Below are positions 25,701 through 33,841 of a DNA stretch of 39,178 nucleotides, piece by piece (position 1 is the stretch's first letter; each line of letters starts with the position of its first letter). Both the position numbers and the translations under genes were made by a program. Location: contig JAURVW010000746.1 of assembly GCA_030655275.1 (NCBI GenBank), forward strand, positions 1-39,178. Direction: 5' to 3'. Below the pieces are notes generated by a model. It was not told the DNA's origin and ran no database searches. It was given only the letters and a program-made list of their open reading frames with translations. Origin of the DNA: Solirubrobacteraceae bacterium. Lineage in GTDB: Bacteria; Actinomycetota; Thermoleophilia; Solirubrobacterales; Solirubrobacteraceae.

Positions 25701-26201
25701 TCTGCCCACGAGCTCGGCACGGTGCGGAAGTCCGGCACCACGACGCTGAGCTTCACGCCGGCCCACGCCGCCGGCGGACGTCGCACGCTCGAGGCCGTCG
25801 TCGCGGTCGGCACGCGGCAGGTCGAGGTGATCGGGCTCGGTTCGTACGTCGCGCCATCACCACAGAAGCTCACCGCTCCTCGCAAGGTCACCCTGAAGCG
25901 CACGAAGACGCAGGTCTCGGCCTCGTGGACGAAGGTCGCCGGCGCGGCGGGCTACCGCGTGTCGGTGAAGGGCGACGACGGTCGTCTCCAGCTCCTGCCG
26001 GTGGCTGGCAAGACGACAAAGCTGGTGATCCCCGGCGTCACGACCGACGACCGCATCGACGTGTCGGTCGTCGCCGTCGACCGACTCGGAGCCGCCGGTC
26101 CGAAGCGCGCGGCGACCAGCAAGGGCAAGCCCGTCCCGAAGGTGAAGACGGGCGCGACGAAGACCAAGCCGAAGAAGAAGACGACGGCGAAGAAGAAGTA
26201 G
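22728..26201 (+). CDS. Large secreted multidomain protein (BNR/Asp-box region, Pro-rich linker, beta-rich middle, FN3-like domain, Lys-rich tail)
   Basis: GTG 22728 has GGGAG 9 nt upstream. The signal peptide is VPIARPRSVFLAALAAALTCWAAPPAGAAG. There is an Asp-box-like WTSTNGGESFG and a linker PPAPTPAPGAPPTPVPTATP. The FN3-like segment is VSASWTKVAGAAGYRVSV...VSVVAVDRLG. The tail is KPKKKTTAKKK. Confidence 0.7.
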   Translation: MPIARPRSVFLAALAAALTCWAAPPAGAAGVVLDTFGDDPSIGVDASGTGHLAWYTQTGAQFPYNHVLVYCRLPRGAETCARRTNLPTPGNLDTFNQTQVVVDDTSGKLYLLASLAGDNVTKGGTWAWTSTNGGESFGAPVRISNGLNLSDAVLGPGPFAISTVGEIPSRYHADALDGSTATAEAINLSAGLKPGTDYFYSTVGMLNSTTPFVVLNSGAGDTVMRRFDPAAQSGANVVGNWLPAQQLATAEGDPRAASGPSGSFVATDSTPSYPTPADALLVRRIGEDGTIGAPQDIIAGTGNDAEDLDLAQDAGGRVHAVYNDIDHGIRLTYQWSKRGETWGTPQVIDDPGAGYSYNELGVGPDGGGWVVNEKKSSANGAFGPIHVVALDAKGSSDPPAPTPAPGAPPTPVPTATPLACPLAIAVSPSADAVVRSGPCFTDLGKGVYRSAGTVRLAGIDFVPPKGGGTLTVDTKAHTVETTGGDYETRAGAVVLSRGKILWDLDQITKIEDLGKFGVSLLGLKLAGTADLSFKDKSASIHVWMELPSPLDKVRADTTVRTTMNDGLRLDDVHLTAKSIPIGPLFVNDFDLLFSGGTNRFVGEASVTLPPAAPGKEASIKGAFALEDGKLTKLAIDVGTGVPPLPLPLFPTPPILLTQVGIGLTNDEEGFRLGGGVVLSLGPQLAGSSALSIRALPSEGHGAYVFVPKSGKYAQIGASGTLSLVDLELAYGSVSVRTDGPITFSGGTTLDLGLADIAFTGGGGINLGNGDFYGTMKGSLSAGSKDFVAASASASAIISSIGFAACGTASGTLFGVDIIDAEIGFEKPWGGDSDVGFCNLDAYKPASLSGSGARARRLQAGGPQTITLGEGTHGLLVRGASAAPGFTLTGPGGRTLTVSPGGTGPAAAPRILALPTGTGAVAVKIDDAAGSWTITPAATGAAITDVQVAGERPEPKAKATVAKGAWAKRKARVQVSDLGDQTLTVRELLPDGSAHELGTVRKSGTTTLSFTPAHAAGGRRTLEAVVAVGTRQVEVIGLGSYVAPSPQKLTAPRKVTLKRTKTQVSASWTKVAGAAGYRVSVKGDDGRLQLLPVAGKTTKLVIPGVTTDDRIDVSVVAVDRLGAAGPKRAATSKGKPVPKVKTGATKTKPKKKTTAKKK

Positions 26202-26208
26202 CCGAGGG

Positions 26209-26230
26209 GCCGCGGGCGCAGGCCCGCGGC
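26209..26230. terminator. Hairpin between convergent genes
   Basis: GCCGCGGGC-GCAG-GCCCGCGGC is a 9-bp perfect stem lying between stop 26201 (+) and stop 26239 (-). Confidence 0.5.
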
Positions 26231-26238
26231 GGAGGGCC

Positions 26239-26685
26239 TCAGCCCTCGATGCGCTTCTTGAGTTCGCCGGCGCGCGGGTTCACGAGCATCGCGCGCAGCG
26301 CCATCTCGACCGGCCCGCGGATCACGAGGCCGAGCTTGCGGCCCGGGTCGGCGACGAGCGCGTAGGTGGCCTTCGTGCGGTTCTCGTCGAGCGACTCGAG
26401 GGTCCAGGACCCGTCGATCGCGCTCATGTCGCCCTTCTCCTGCGACCACGAGAGCTTGTTCGGGCCCGCGTAGGTGAACCGCTGGCGCGACTTGAGGTCA
26501 CGCACCTTTCCGTCGGCGACGACGTCGACCACGGTTGCGCGGCCGTCGGCGTCGGTCTCGACGGCCGCCATGCTCTTCATGCCGCCCTGCCACTCGGCGG
26601 CGCCGAGGACGTTCTCGAGCTCCGCCCAGACGGTCGCGATCGGCGCGTCGATCTCGACGCTGGACTCACCGGTCAGTTTTCCCAT
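26239..26685 (-). CDS. SRPBCC (polyketide cyclase/START-like) family protein
   Basis: The ~148 aa length and the N-terminus GESSVEIDAPIATVWAELENV fit this fold. The start is ATG 26685, with TATGGT 6 nt upstream. Confidence 0.7.
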   Translation of the reverse strand: MGKLTGESSVEIDAPIATVWAELENVLGAAEWQGGMKSMAAVETDADGRATVVDVVADGKVRDLKSRQRFTYAGPNKLSWSQEKGDMSAIDGSWTLESLDENRTKATYALVADPGRKLGLVIRGPVEMALRAMLVNPRAGELKKRIEG

Positions 26686-26691
26686 CGGCGG

Positions 26692-26697
26692 ACCATA
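26692..26697 (-). promoter_or_regulatory. -10-like hexamer TATGGT (minus strand), 6 nt before ATG 26685
   Basis: The minus strand reads TATGGT-CCGCCG-ATG. Confidence 0.5.
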
Positions 26698-26765
26698 TCC
26701 TGCGGGCCACCGGCGGACGCCTCCCTCGAGCCGGTCGTCCCGGGCCGCGACGGGCGCGGCCCGAC

Positions 26766-26771
26766 TAGCCT
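26766..26771 (+). promoter_or_regulatory. -10-like hexamer TAGCCT, 7 nt before ATG 26779
   Basis: TAGCCT-CGAGGGC-ATG. Confidence 0.5.
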
Positions 26772-26778
26772 CGAGGGC

Positions 26779-27198
26779 ATGTGGGTGCAGCGGCAGCTCC
26801 AGCTCGCGCCGCGGCCGCGCGGCTTCCATCTGATCACTCGCGACGTGCTCGCCGGTGTCCCCGAGCTGACCGAGGTACGCACGGGCCTGCTGCACGTGTT
26901 CATCCTGCACACGAGCGCGTCGCTCACGATCAACGAGTCGGCTTCACCGGACGTGCGCGTGGACCTCGAAACCTCGCTCGACCGCCTCGCGCCGGAGGAC
27001 CACCCGTCGTACACGCACACCGATGAGGGGTCCGACGACATGCCCGCGCACGTGAAGGCGTCGTTGCTGGGTCCGTCGCTCACGATCCCCGTGTCGGGCG
27101 GCCGGCTGGTGCTGGGCACCTGGCAGGGCATCCAGCTCGCCGAGCACCGCGACCACGGCGGCCCCCGGTCGCTCGTCCTGACCCTCCACGGCGAATAG
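26779..27198 (+). CDS. yjbQ: YjbQ/UPF0047 family protein (secondary thiamine-phosphate synthase-type)
   Basis: RGFHLITRDV, GLLHVFILHTSASLTINE, DDMPAHVKASLLG and GRLVLGTWQGIQLAEHR are characteristic of UPF0047. Confidence 0.9.
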   Translation: MWVQRQLQLAPRPRGFHLITRDVLAGVPELTEVRTGLLHVFILHTSASLTINESASPDVRVDLETSLDRLAPEDHPSYTHTDEGSDDMPAHVKASLLGPSLTIPVSGGRLVLGTWQGIQLAEHRDHGGPRSLVLTLHGE

Positions 27199-27268
27199 CC
27201 ACCGCCCGGGCCGGCTCGGCGCGCTGGCCGCGCGGAGAAGTCGGCTCCGCATCGAGGCGCGATGGCGC

Positions 27269-27274
27269 TAGCGT
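27269..27274 (+). promoter_or_regulatory. -10-like hexamer TAGCGT, 10 nt before ATG 27285
   Basis: The listed GTG 27273 start lies inside this hexamer, so ATG 27285 is preferred. The offset is longer than the 6-7 nt class. Confidence 0.35.
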
Positions 27275-27284
27275 GAACGCCATC

Positions 27285-28130
27285 ATGGCGACCGTCACCG
27301 TCACGCACTTCACCGATCCGGGTTGCCCGTTCGCCTACAGTGCCGAGCCTCAGATCAAGCGCCTGCAGTGGCGTTACGGCTCGCAGCTGGAATGGAAGAC
27401 CCGCCTCGTCGGCCTGGCCGCAAGCCGCGAGGAGTACATCGCGAAGGGCTTCACGCCCGAGATGATGGCCGGGGGCTACGCCAACCTCGAGGGCCAGATC
27501 GGCATGCCCTTCGACCTGTCGCCCCGATCCGCCATCGCAGCGACCATGCCGGCCTGCCGCGAGGTGGTCGCCGCGCGCGTGCACGGCGGCGAGGCCGTCG
27601 GCGCCGCGCTCCTGCGCCAGCTGCGTCTCCAGGCGATGGTCTCGGGCAACCTGCTCGACGAGCTCCACACCCTCCGCGAGGCCTCGCACGCCGCCGGCAT
27701 CGACAGCCACGAGCTCGACGGCTGGGCCGCGTCGCCGGAGACCGAAGCCGCCCTCGCGGCCGACATGGCGGCCGCACGCCACCCCAACCCGGCCGCGTTG
27801 CACCTCACCAACAAGCTCGCCCGGTGGGAGGGCGGCTGGCGCTACACGTGCCCGTCACTCGAGCTCGAGGCGCGCGGCGAGGTCGCCGCGATCGCGGGCT
27901 TCGTGCCGGCGACGGCCTACGACGTGGTGTTCGCCAACCTCGCCCCGGATCTCGAGCGGGCCGAGCCCGCGACCGAGCCACTCGCCGTGCTCGAGTGGGC
28001 CGGCGAGCCCCTGGCGACGGCCGAGGTCGCTGCGATCATGGAGATCGACCGCGACGAGGCCCGCTCCAAGCTGACCGAGGCCGGCGCCACCGAGCAGTCG
28101 TCCGGCACCGACGCCCTCTGGGTGATCTGA
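27285..28130 (+). CDS. DsbA-like thioredoxin-fold protein (single-Cys CPFA motif)
   Basis: The N-terminal VTHFTDPGCPFAYS is positioned like the CxxC of DsbA/HCCA-isomerase-like proteins, but the second Cys is Ala. Confidence 0.65.
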   Translation: MATVTVTHFTDPGCPFAYSAEPQIKRLQWRYGSQLEWKTRLVGLAASREEYIAKGFTPEMMAGGYANLEGQIGMPFDLSPRSAIAATMPACREVVAARVHGGEAVGAALLRQLRLQAMVSGNLLDELHTLREASHAAGIDSHELDGWAASPETEAALAADMAAARHPNPAALHLTNKLARWEGGWRYTCPSLELEARGEVAAIAGFVPATAYDVVFANLAPDLERAEPATEPLAVLEWAGEPLATAEVAAIMEIDRDEARSKLTEAGATEQSSGTDALWVI

Positions 28131-28205
28131 GCGCCACCACAAAAAGTGGTCAGCCTCATCCGCCAAGGGGTCGATTGCAGCGGGACACCGCAACCTTCAC
28201 CTGTG

Positions 28206-28211
28206 TAGCGT
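28206..28211 (+). promoter_or_regulatory. Possible -10 hexamer TAGCGT for the leadered secreted-protein gene
   Basis: It matches the TAnnnT class, lies ~85 nt upstream of ATG 28295, and has no good -35. Confidence 0.3.
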
Positions 28212-28294
28212 GTCTCAAGTCACGGAAGGCCCAGCGCAACAATGCGCTCGGCTTGAGGCCTCGCCCAACATCCCTGAAAACGGAGTCCACCTTC

Positions 28295-29056
28295 ATGCGT
28301 CCCCTTTCCCGTCTCATCGCGCTCGGCGCCATGTCCGCGCTCGTCGCGGCGCCGTCCGCGATGGCCGCCAACAGCGCCACCGCCTCGCTCTCGCCCAACA
28401 AGGGTGGCACCGTCACCCAGGCCGCCCCGGTGAAGTTCAAGGTCAAGGCCCTCCTGCCGGACACCCCGTCGGACACGTCCGGCAACAACCGCCTGCTCGC
28501 CATCCAGGCGAAGCTCCCGGTGCCGTTGCTGTTCAACACCCTTCCGTTCTCGCAGTGCAACACGGTGTCGTTCCCGACGTCGAAGTCCTGCCCGTCGTCG
28601 ACGAAGCTCGGTACGGCCACGATCCTCGCCGACGGTGGCCCGAGCGTCGGTGAGATCACCGCGAAGGCGACCCTCTACTTCGGCACGGGCTTCACCGTCC
28701 TGGCGAACGTGACCGTCGACAAGCCGGCCATCATCAACGAGGGCGTCGTCGGTTCGCTGCGCTCCTCCGGCACCACCGGGTACGGCCTGGAGATGTACAT
28801 CCCGGTCCCGCAGAGCCTCTCGATGCCGCTGCAGGATCTCTACCCGACGGTCAAGTCGGTCGACGCCGACTTCGCGCCGCCGAGCAAGAAGGTCAAGGTC
28901 GGCAAGGAGCGCATCACGGTCCCGCTCGCCGGTCTCGGTACGTGCCCGTCCAGCAAGAAGCTGAACTTCCAGGTCAACGCGCTCTACACCGACGCGACCG
29001 GCGTGACGATCACCAAGAACGACAGCGCTTCCACCACGGCGAAGTGCAAGAAGTAA
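28295..29056 (+). CDS. Secreted hypothetical protein, 253 aa
   Basis: GGAG lies 9 nt upstream of ATG 28295. The signal peptide is MRPLSRLIALGAMSALVAAPSAMAAN. G/C-ending codon bias is strong. The C-terminus is TTAKCKK, and a strong terminator follows. The N-terminal 324 aa of the listed 577-aa ORF are a shadow over the DsbA-like gene. Confidence 0.7.
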   Translation: MRPLSRLIALGAMSALVAAPSAMAANSATASLSPNKGGTVTQAAPVKFKVKALLPDTPSDTSGNNRLLAIQAKLPVPLLFNTLPFSQCNTVSFPTSKSCPSSTKLGTATILADGGPSVGEITAKATLYFGTGFTVLANVTVDKPAIINEGVVGSLRSSGTTGYGLEMYIPVPQSLSMPLQDLYPTVKSVDADFAPPSKKVKVGKERITVPLAGLGTCPSSKKLNFQVNALYTDATGVTITKNDSASTTAKCKK

Positions 29057-29101
29057 CCCAGGTCCTCTGACCTGCGTCCGTCCGCCACGCACGGGCGTAC
29101 C

Positions 29102-29136
29102 GAGGGGCCGGTCGCGACGTTCGCGACCGGCCCCTC
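29102..29136 (+). terminator. Intrinsic terminator
   Basis: GAGGGGCCGGTCGCGA-CGT-TCGCGACCGGCCCCTC is a 16-bp perfect stem followed by GTCGTTTG. Confidence 0.7.
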
Positions 29137-29208
29137 GTCGTTTGACTGGAGCATGACCTACGCGCCTGGCGGGCGAGCAGGGGAAATCCGCGGTACGGTC
29201 GGCATTCG

Positions 29209-30192
29209 ATGCTCCTGCTCGCCCTGCTCGTCCTCCTGGCCGCCGTCGTGGTCGGGCTCACCCTCTGGGGCTACGGCGCGTGGAAGCCCCTGCCGACCCC
29301 GGACCCGCCCGGCGGCACGATCTCCGTCGGTGAGCATCACCACCTCCACGTGACCGAGATGCCCGGCGAGGACCCGCCCGTCGTGTTCATCCACGGTCTC
29401 CCTGGCTCCATCCGCGACTGGGACGGGGTGCAGCCCCTCCTCGGCGACCGCCATCGCATCGCGATCGACCGCCCCGGCTTCGCCGACACCGGCGGCTCGG
29501 CGATGACGATGCGCGAGCAGGCCGACGTGATCGCCGATGGCCTGCGGGCGCTCTCCATCGAGCGCGCGCTGCTCGTCGGCCACTCCTACGGCGGCACCGT
29601 GGCACTCGCCGTCGCCCGCCGCCACCCCGAGCTCGTCGGCGGCATCGTGCTCGGTGCCCCGATGGGCGGCGGCCGAGGCATGCCGCTCGCGATGCGTAAC
29701 GAGGCCCGCGCCCTCCTGCTCGTGACGGTCCCGGGCATCGGCGACCTGATCCGTCGCACGGTCGGCTGGGGCATCACGAAGCTCGTCGTCCGCCAGGCGT
29801 TCGTCCGGGCCTTCTCCCCCACGCCCGTCGCCCCGAGCTACGCCGCCTATGCCTACGGTCAGACGCTGCGCGTCGACACCCTCCGATCGCTCTACGCCAA
29901 CCGCGTCGACTTCAACCGCGACTTCGGCTGGCTCGACCGCCACCTGGAGGAGGTCACGGTGCCCGTCGGCATCGTGCGCGCGATGGACGACGCCATGGTC
30001 GGCAGCTGGTCGGCCGTCGGCCTGCGGGACTACCTGCCGAACGTCGTCTCGTTCCAGGAGTGCGACGGCGGCCACATGATCCCGATCACGCGGCCCGAGA
30101 CCATCGCCGAGGCGATCGGCGCCGTCACGGCCGCGATGGAGCATCCCGATGCGTCATCCGGCCGGCGTGGCGGCGACGACCTCCTGCGGTAG
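29209..30192 (+). CDS. Alpha/beta hydrolase with N-terminal membrane anchor
   Basis: The N-terminus MLLLALLVLLAAVVVGLTLW is hydrophobic. VVFIHGLPGS (HG) and the nucleophile elbow GHSYGG are present. TACGGT lies 9 nt upstream of the ATG. Confidence 0.85.
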   Translation: MLLLALLVLLAAVVVGLTLWGYGAWKPLPTPDPPGGTISVGEHHHLHVTEMPGEDPPVVFIHGLPGSIRDWDGVQPLLGDRHRIAIDRPGFADTGGSAMTMREQADVIADGLRALSIERALLVGHSYGGTVALAVARRHPELVGGIVLGAPMGGGRGMPLAMRNEARALLLVTVPGIGDLIRRTVGWGITKLVVRQAFVRAFSPTPVAPSYAAYAYGQTLRVDTLRSLYANRVDFNRDFGWLDRHLEEVTVPVGIVRAMDDAMVGSWSAVGLRDYLPNVVSFQECDGGHMIPITRPETIAEAIGAVTAAMEHPDASSGRRGGDDLLR

Positions 30193-30257
30193 CTCCGCGC
30201 GCGCTCAGCCGCCGGGCACGGTCAGCTGCGACGCGCGCGGCCGGGGACCGAACCCGG

Positions 30258-30944
30258 TCAGCTCGCGGCGAAGGCTGCGAGGGCCGTCGAGACCTCGGTC
30301 GCGGTGTCGGCGATCACGTCGGCCTCCCCGAGCGCATCGCGCTCGTAGGCACCGGTCGTCACGGCGATGACGGAGGCTCCCGCGGCGCGGGCGCAGGCGA
30401 TGTCGTGCGGGGTGTCGCCCACCACGACCGTGCGCTCCGACGGCCAGCGGTGCGCCCAGCCATGGAGCACGGCTGCCCGCTCCTGTGCGACGGGCACGAG
30501 CCGGTTGCGGTCCTCGGCGTCCGAACCGTAGGCGCCGACCCACGGCAGCAGCGGCCGGGCCAGTCCGGCAGCCGTGAGCTTGCGATGGGCGATCGATTCG
30601 AGGTTGCCGGTCACGAGCCCCAGCTGGAGGCCCGCGTCGCGGCTGAGTTCGTCGAGCAGGGTGGGGATGCCCGGCAGGACGGTCTCGCTGAGGTCGTCGG
30701 GGCAGAGCTCCTCGTACCGTGCGGCGGCGATCGCCAGCAGCCACTCCATGTCGCGGTCGATCTGCTCGTCCGTGAATCCGGCGCCGAGGAGCAGGCTGCG
30801 CACGATGCGGCGATCGGTCAGGCCGGCGGCGTCGACCTTCGACAGCTCGATCGGGCCGTGCACCTCGTGGATCGCCGCGACCACGCACTCGGCGTGGACG
30901 CGCGAGGCGCGCCACACGAGCGTGCCGTCGATGTCCAGGAGCAC
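30258..30944 (-). CDS. HAD-superfamily hydrolase (subfamily IA-like)
   Basis: Motif I is LLDIDGTLV and motif III/IV is VVVGDTPHDIACARAAG. GTG start. Confidence 0.85.
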   Translation of the reverse strand: MLLDIDGTLVWRASRVHAECVVAAIHEVHGPIELSKVDAAGLTDRRIVRSLLLGAGFTDEQIDRDMEWLLAIAAARYEELCPDDLSETVLPGIPTLLDELSRDAGLQLGLVTGNLESIAHRKLTAAGLARPLLPWVGAYGSDAEDRNRLVPVAQERAAVLHGWAHRWPSERTVVVGDTPHDIACARAAGASVIAVTTGAYERDALGEADVIADTATEVSTALAAFAAS

Positions 30945-31044
30945 GAGGAGACCGGGTGGTGTCTCCGGGGTACTCAGCGTGGACTCCGGGTGGTCGGGCC
31001 GGAGGCGGTCATCGCACCCCGGCTGGCTGGCGAACGACGACCAT

Positions 31045-32109
31045 CTAGCCCCGGCGCACGTCGAAGTCGGCGCCGACCTTGAGTGCGAACGCGGCCACGA
31101 GGGCGACGGTCGACTCGAGGTCGCGCAGGTCGATCGTCTCGACCGGCGAGTGCATGTAGCGGAGCGGGATCGACACGAGGCCGGTCGCGTTGCAGCCGCG
31201 CTGGAGGTGGACGGCGTCGGCGTCGGTCGAGGTGCCGCGGGTCGCGACGGCGATCGTGTAGTCGATGCCCTCGGCCTCGGCGACCTCCACGAGGAGGTCG
31301 GAGATCGCCGGGTGGATGTTCGCGCCGCGCTCGATCACCACGCCGCTGCCGAGATGATGGGAGCCGAGCTCCTTCTCCTCGATGCCGGGCGAGTCCGTCG
31401 CATGCGTGACGTCGATGACGATCGCGATCGCCGGGTGCACGGCGTAGGCGGAGGTGGTGGAGCCGCCGAAGGTGATCTCCTCCTGCGTCGCGCCGATCGC
31501 GACGACCTCGCCTGCGGCGCCACCGGCCTGGGAGACGCGGCGCGCGGCCTCGACCGCGACGTACGAACCGAGGCGGTTGTCCATCGCGCGGGAGGCGACG
31601 CGCTCGCCCAGCAGCTCGATCGGATCGCCGGCGATCACGGCGACGTCGCCGATGCGCACCGTCTTCTTGGCCTCGTCGCCGTCGGCCGCGCCGATGTCGA
31701 TGTGGAGCTGCGTGAGCTTGGGGGCCTTGCCGCGCTCGTCGGCCTCCATCAGGTGGATGGCCTTCTTGCCGACGACGCCGATCACGACGCCCGCCTTGGT
31801 CTGGAGCGCGACGCGCTGGCCGACGAGGATCACCGGATCCCAGCCTCCGACCGGACCGAACCAGAGAAAGCCCTTCTCGTCGATGTGCGTGACGATCAGG
31901 CCGATCTCGTCGATGTGCCCGACGAAGGCGATGCGCGGGGCACCCTCGGCCGTGCCGGGGACGCGGGCTTGGACGGAGCCGGCGACGTCGATGACGACCT
32001 CGTCGGTGAACTCGCGGGCGATCGAGGCGAAGGCTGCGGCCGGCGCCCGCTCATGCCCCGACGGCCCAACGGCGTCGAGAAGGGTCTTGAGACTGGCGGG
32101 AACGGTCAT
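31045..32109 (-). CDS. M42 family metallopeptidase (glutamyl aminopeptidase / FrvX-like)
   Basis: LLDAVGPSGHE, FVGHIDEIGLIVTHIDEKGFLWF and GKKAIHLM fit M42. The start is ambiguous (ATG 32109, 32118 or 32142). Confidence 0.85.
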   Translation of the reverse strand: MTVPASLKTLLDAVGPSGHERAPAAAFASIAREFTDEVVIDVAGSVQARVPGTAEGAPRIAFVGHIDEIGLIVTHIDEKGFLWFGPVGGWDPVILVGQRVALQTKAGVVIGVVGKKAIHLMEADERGKAPKLTQLHIDIGAADGDEAKKTVRIGDVAVIAGDPIELLGERVASRAMDNRLGSYVAVEAARRVSQAGGAAGEVVAIGATQEEITFGGSTTSAYAVHPAIAIVIDVTHATDSPGIEEKELGSHHLGSGVVIERGANIHPAISDLLVEVAEAEGIDYTIAVATRGTSTDADAVHLQRGCNATGLVSIPLRYMHSPVETIDLRDLESTVALVAAFALKVGADFDVRRG

Positions 32110-32247
32110 CCCGGCCATTCTGTCACCGCGGCTCCGCGGCATGGGGCGGTGAACGCACGCGCCCCGGTCGCGGGCTCGTGATCACCGGCGCCAGCGGGCG
32201 TCCGGCCACGGCCGACGTCGGTCCATGCGTTCCCCCGAACCATGGAG

Positions 32248-33339
32248 CTAGTGCGGGTTGGGCGGCGGGTCGTCGCGCCGCACCTGCTTGGAGAGCGATG
32301 CCGTCTGCAGGCCCCAGAGCACCCAGCCGAGTGAGGCGCCGCGAGCACCGCGAACCGCCCCGGAGGCCGCGCTCCGGGCGGGGCGCAGGTCGGCGGCCGT
32401 GAGCAGCTCGAGCACCGTGGCCGGGCCACCTGGCGCGAGGGCATCCGGGTGGATGTGGCGACGAGGCTGGGGGCTGTCGTCGTCGATGAGGTCGTCGTCG
32501 TGCTCGCGCTCGCGGGCCGTGGGCGGGGCCAGTGGCAGCGCACCGGCGGCTTCGGCGGTGGCTCGGACGGTCTCGGCGACCTGGGCGCGCCGGGCGGCGC
32601 GCTGGGCGATCAGGTCGCCGACGGCGCGGGCGGAGATCATCCAGGCGGCGGCATCGTCGCGCGAGCGGGTGCGAATCGGCCCGAGGACGAGCGCCTCGAC
32701 CTGGATGCCGTGGCCGGCCTCCTCGACCGCCATCACCTGCGCCGCCATGAGCTCGCCGGCCGCGGCGACGGAGACGGCTCCGGCGCCGGGCACCGGATAG
32801 CGCGCGGCGGCGCCGTTGATCTGCACGTACATCGCGCCCGGGCGGCCGCGCATGAGCGGGACGAAGGCGGCGGCGGCGAGCTGGTGCGCGCGCAGGGCGC
32901 CGTCGATGATGGAGTCCCACGTGTCGATCTCGAGGTCGGCGAGGGCGTCGGTCTGCACCCACCCTCCGAGCGCGACGACGACGAGGTCCGGGCGGCCGAT
33001 GAGGCGGGAGAGCTCGGCGGCGACGTCGTGTGCGCCGTCGGGCATCTCGGAGATGTCGCCCACGAGCGGGACGAGCTTCTCGGTCGGAACGCCCGCGGCC
33101 TCGAGGCGGTCGGCCAGGACGGAGAGGCGCTCACCCGAGCGCGATGGCACCGCCACCCGCGCGCCGGCGATCAGGAGGCCCGCGACGATTCCCTCGCCGA
33201 CCTCGCCCGTGCCACCGCAGACAACGGCGACCTTGCCGTCGAGCCTCGGCGTCTCGTCGAGCTCGGCCGCGGAGCTGGAGGTCCGGGCGCGCACTGCCCG
33301 GGCAGCACGGCGGACCAGTCCTGGAGCGCGGTCGAACAC
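32248..33339 (-). CDS. Atypical SDR / NAD(P)-binding Rossmann-fold protein with ~120-aa C-terminal extension
   Basis: GKVAVVCGGTGEVGEG has the GxxGxxG motif. I see no YxxxK. The preferred start is GTG 33339, with TAGGCT 7 nt upstream. The listed start 33387 remains possible. Confidence 0.65.
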   Translation of the reverse strand: MFDRAPGLVRRAARAVRARTSSSAAELDETPRLDGKVAVVCGGTGEVGEGIVAGLLIAGARVAVPSRSGERLSVLADRLEAAGVPTEKLVPLVGDISEMPDGAHDVAAELSRLIGRPDLVVVALGGWVQTDALADLEIDTWDSIIDGALRAHQLAAAAFVPLMRGRPGAMYVQINGAAARYPVPGAGAVSVAAAGELMAAQVMAVEEAGHGIQVEALVLGPIRTRSRDDAAAWMISARAVGDLIAQRAARRAQVAETVRATAEAAGALPLAPPTAREREHDDDLIDDDSPQPRRHIHPDALAPGGPATVLELLTAADLRPARSAASGAVRGARGASLGWVLWGLQTASLSKQVRRDDPPPNPH

Positions 33340-33346
33340 CACCCGG

Positions 33347-33352
33347 AGCCTA
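33347..33352 (-). promoter_or_regulatory. -10-like hexamer TAGGCT (minus strand), 7 nt before GTG 33339
   Basis: The minus strand reads TAGGCT-CCGGGTG-GTG. Confidence 0.4.
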
Positions 33353-33607
33353 GACGGTGTTCGCGCCCAAACGTTGCCTGCCTCCACGCCACCATCACGC
33401 CGTCATCACGCAGCGCGTCGCCGGGGAGGAGACAGGGTCGACAGTGTGTCGAAGGCAGGAGCGGGTTCATCCGAACCGGAGCGGCCGAACTGCACCGGAA
33501 GCGGGTGGACCGGAGCCGGGCGTTCGGCGCGGTGATCCGCTAGGAGGGCACGGACACACCGCGCCGAGCGCCCTCTCCGCGTGTCCCAACACGACGAGGA
33601 GAACGCA

Positions 33608-33649
33608 AGGCGGGCGAACGAAGGCCTGCTCACCTTCGCTCACCCGCCT
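33608..33649 (-). terminator. Imperfect stem-loop in the long spacer (possible distal terminator of the hydratase gene)
   Basis: AGGCGGG..CGAAGG / CCTTCG..CCCGCCT pair. On the minus strand the stem is followed by TGCGTTCTCC. Confidence 0.3.
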
Positions 33650-33841
33650 CACACATCACGCACCAGTGATGCACCGTTCGGAGGTGGAGCGACCCCGAAC
33701 CGCGCCTGCTCGGCATACGGTCCGGGGCTCTCAGTCGCTCGATATGGATGATGGCGGGCCGGGCGTTCCCCGCTGTTGTCCCGTTGGCCAAGATGTCGGC
33801 CGGATCGGTTGTCCAGCGGGCCGAGGGGCGGCGCCGAAGCG

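Noticed and set aside
27323-28294. N-terminal part of the 577-aa + strand ORF
   Set aside because: It is an out-of-frame overlap of the DsbA-like gene with an Arg-rich translation. The real gene starts at ATG 28295 with an RBS and a signal peptide.
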